DNA from: an uncultured archaeon
Lineage (GTDB): Archaea; Asgardarchaeota; Lokiarchaeia; Sigyniarchaeales; SOKP01
Assembly: GCA_964525635.1 (NCBI GenBank)
Contig: CAZGJX010000003.1
Span: 1 to 64,000, forward strand
Length of the DNA: 64,000 nucleotides
Direction: 5' to 3'
This document shows positions 61,595 through 64,000 of this stretch, in pieces (the first letter of the stretch is position 1; each line of letters opens with the position of its first letter). The notes beneath the pieces were generated by a model. The model had not been told where the DNA came from and made no database searches. It worked only from the letters and a program-made list of their open reading frames with translations. The translations under genes were made by a program, and so were the position numbers.

Positions 61595-62749
61595 ATGAAT
61601 ATAAGTGGTTTAGTCAGAAAAGAATTTGGTCGATTAAGAAGTGATAAAAGGACTTTAATTCTATTATTTGCAATTCCGCTTGTATTAATAATAATATTTG
61701 GATTAACTTCAGGAGGGGGTCCTTCAGAATTCTTTCATGCATCAATTATAACAAGAGATGATATGGATTCTTCATATCCGTTTCCCCCGATGAGTTCTGA
61801 ATATGATGAAGTATTTATATCGATTTTTAATGATAATCTTACCTCCTTTGGCCTTGAAAGTTATTATAATGTATCAAATGAAGAAGAATATTCTGAAGCC
61901 TATATTAATTGTAAAAATTTACTGAAAAAGGAGATTATTGATATTTTTATAGTATTACCAGAAAATTTCTCCGAGACCGTCAGGGATAACTTAGACACGC
62001 ATTTAATTTACTATATAGATGGATCGGATCTACAAGCAGTGAAAGCAATTAATGTTTCAATGTTAGAGCCTATAGTCCAATTCAAATTAAGAACAGGAAA
62101 GATGGTTAATTTTACTATGTTGTTGCCATATTTAGAATTTGAAGTACCTTTTTGGGAATCACAAGTATTAAATTATGCTTTTGCATTAACAATTCCTTTA
62201 ATAATTATAGGAACAACAATGAATCTTTCATGTTTATCAATTGTGTCAGAAGGACCTTTACCAAGAATGCTTATTACTCCTGCTTCAAAAAGATCTATTA
62301 TACTAAGTAAATTAGTCGCAAATTCATTAATTATGATACTTCAAGCAGGAGAAATTTTTATTGCAACTGCTATATTTGGTCTTTATAGTTTAGGTTCATT
62401 ATTTGATTTATTTTTAGTATTTCTTGCAATTGGATTTAGTGGAGTAACTATAGGTATTTTTATATCATCAATAAGTAAAACGGATCAACAAGCAAATCAA
62501 CTCTATATGGTCTTTTTTATTATTATTTTATTATTTTCAGGACAATTTGTAAGTGTTGGGAATCTTCCTGCCTATATGCAGGCCATTATCTATTCACTTC
62601 CTTTAGGACATGGTATACCGCTTACATTTGATATAACATTAAAAGGATTGCCATTAAATCTTATAACTTTTTCCAGTATAATATTTATATCTTTGGTATA
62701 TATACTCTTGGCTTATATCATTTATTTATTTAAAAGAATAGAGGTTTGA
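61595..62749 (+). CDS. ABC-2 type transporter permease
   Basis: KEFGRLRSD, IDGS, RMLITP, LFSG, LPL. Confidence 0.9.
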   Translation: MNISGLVRKEFGRLRSDKRTLILLFAIPLVLIIIFGLTSGGGPSEFFHASIITRDDMDSSYPFPPMSSEYDEVFISIFNDNLTSFGLESYYNVSNEEEYSEAYINCKNLLKKEIIDIFIVLPENFSETVRDNLDTHLIYYIDGSDLQAVKAINVSMLEPIVQFKLRTGKMVNFTMLLPYLEFEVPFWESQVLNYAFALTIPLIIIGTTMNLSCLSIVSEGPLPRMLITPASKRSIILSKLVANSLIMILQAGEIFIATAIFGLYSLGSLFDLFLVFLAIGFSGVTIGIFISSISKTDQQANQLYMVFFIIILLFSGQFVSVGNLPAYMQAIIYSLPLGHGIPLTFDITLKGLPLNLITFSSIIFISLVYILLAYIIYLFKRIEV

Positions 62750-63975
62750 AAATGAATAGTGAAAATGAATTAAAAGATAAAAAGAATGATCAAGGAGGAT
62801 TAATTAGAGTTAAGAGTAGCTTATTTAGGATTTTAAAAATGATTAAAAAAGAATTTAGATTATTAAAAACTGATCCTTGGAATTTAGTAATTGCTATATT
62901 AATACCTCCGCTCATTATTATGTTATTTTCTTTTATGACGGGAGAAGCAGGAGAATCACCACCATTACCTGTAGTTATTGTTTCAAATGATTCAAATACT
63001 TTTATAAATCCAAATAATTACACAGAATCAACATTGGATAGTTATTCCATACCTTACATAAATGCTGCGAATAAGTCAGAATTGTTAGATCTTAAGGCCG
63101 TCTATAACTCAACAAAATTTCCATATTCTATGGAAATTGCAAGAGAAGAGTTACTTAAAAGCAAAATTGGTTGTATTATTGTTATTCCTGTAGAATTTAC
63201 GGAATTGTTAGTCTTAGGATATCCCGGAATAATTGAATGTATCCCAGATTCTTCGAGAATTTCTAAAGTTCAAGATAGTATTAATGCAGTATATGATTCG
63301 ATCAAGATTTTTGTTGAAGATAATCATTTAACTCCTCAAATTATTTTAAATGGATTTGAAGAATTTTCTGTCCCAGAAGAATATAATTTAAAATTTAGCT
63401 CTAATATAATACAATTATTACCTCTCATGGTATTTGGGATAGCAAATGTATTGACGATTCTTGTTATCGTTAAAGAAAATCCTATTTCTAGACTCTTACT
63501 AACTCCTGTTAAAAAAACAGAGATACTCATCTCAAAATATTTTACTTATTCGGTCGTATTATTCTTTCAAAATTTGGCTATAATTCTTGCTACAGTATTT
63601 AGTGGATTATATATAAGAGGATCTACTTTCGATCTTTTTGGAGCATTGTATATAATTGGTTATACTGGAATAAGTATGGGTCTTTTTATTAGTTCCATTA
63701 GTAAAACAAAAACAGAAGCAAATCAATTATTTTTTGCTTCTTTTATAATAATAATCCTTTTAAGTGGATTATTTGTCCCATTAGGAAGCATGCCCATATA
63801 TCTAAGTTTATTCGCTCAATTATTGCCTTTATCTCATGCAAATCCCCTAATTAGAAGTGTATTATCAAAAGGGAACTCTATTTTCGGATATCATTTCTAT
63901 ATATTATTATTAGTAAGTTTAGCTTTGAATATTATTACATTTTTAATATTTTATAAAAGGAGGTATGAAGTATAA
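62746..63975 (+). CDS. ABC-2 type transporter permease
   Basis: KEFRLLKTD, RLLLTP, LSGLFVP; overlaps the previous gene. Confidence 0.9.
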   Translation: MKMNSENELKDKKNDQGGLIRVKSSLFRILKMIKKEFRLLKTDPWNLVIAILIPPLIIMLFSFMTGEAGESPPLPVVIVSNDSNTFINPNNYTESTLDSYSIPYINAANKSELLDLKAVYNSTKFPYSMEIAREELLKSKIGCIIVIPVEFTELLVLGYPGIIECIPDSSRISKVQDSINAVYDSIKIFVEDNHLTPQIILNGFEEFSVPEEYNLKFSSNIIQLLPLMVFGIANVLTILVIVKENPISRLLLTPVKKTEILISKYFTYSVVLFFQNLAIILATVFSGLYIRGSTFDLFGALYIIGYTGISMGLFISSISKTKTEANQLFFASFIIIILLSGLFVPLGSMPIYLSLFAQLLPLSHANPLIRSVLSKGNSIFGYHFYILLLVSLALNIITFLIFYKRRYEV

Positions 63976-64000
63976 TTCTGGGAAATTTAAATTCTAAAAA

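Noticed and set aside
349-63530. Short overlapping or antisense ORFs in the track (e.g. 349-639, 6211-6450, 47593-47925, 55673-55975)
   Set aside because: They are shadows of longer, well-supported genes.
1-64000. CRISPR array, rRNA, IS element, selenoprotein/SECIS
   Set aside because: No regularly spaced repeats, rRNA-like sequence, transposase or convincing in-frame TGA seen by eye; not excluded computationally.

Overview
Very AT-rich archaeal chromosomal window. Gene content (longin/uDENN-like proteins, expanded TPR proteins, ftr, methanogenesis-marker-9 protein, multi-PAS kinases, intron-containing tRNA) points to an Asgard archaeon, probably Lokiarchaeia; this is inferred from content, not from a search. 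Main blocks: ABC transporter genes at both ends, lsrF-like thiolase/aldolase, Zn-dehydrogenase, PAS histidine kinases and response regulators, tRNA-His(GUG), Hsp20, AAA+ ATPase, ftr, and ten ~730-aa TPR + longin-like paralogues (8 + 2) split by a complete trpDCFBAEG operon and a Zn-ribbon-repeat nuclease-like gene. The strongest signals are not in the ORF track. (1) A 30-nt, stop-containing insertion in lsrF (4428-4457) folds into a canonical bulge-helix-bulge (BHB) whose predicted cut sites restore the conserved DHG-YF motif exactly, i.e. a candidate tRNA-type intron in an mRNA. (2) A 17-aa Trp-rich leader peptide (MHAYKFKLGWQWPWRFE, 39221-39274) lies in front of the trp operon, suggesting ribosome-dependent attenuation in an archaeon. 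(3) The tRNA-His carries two BHB introns, one in the D-loop. (4) The TPR array appears mosaic, and a relic second trpB 3' end is still coupled to trpA.
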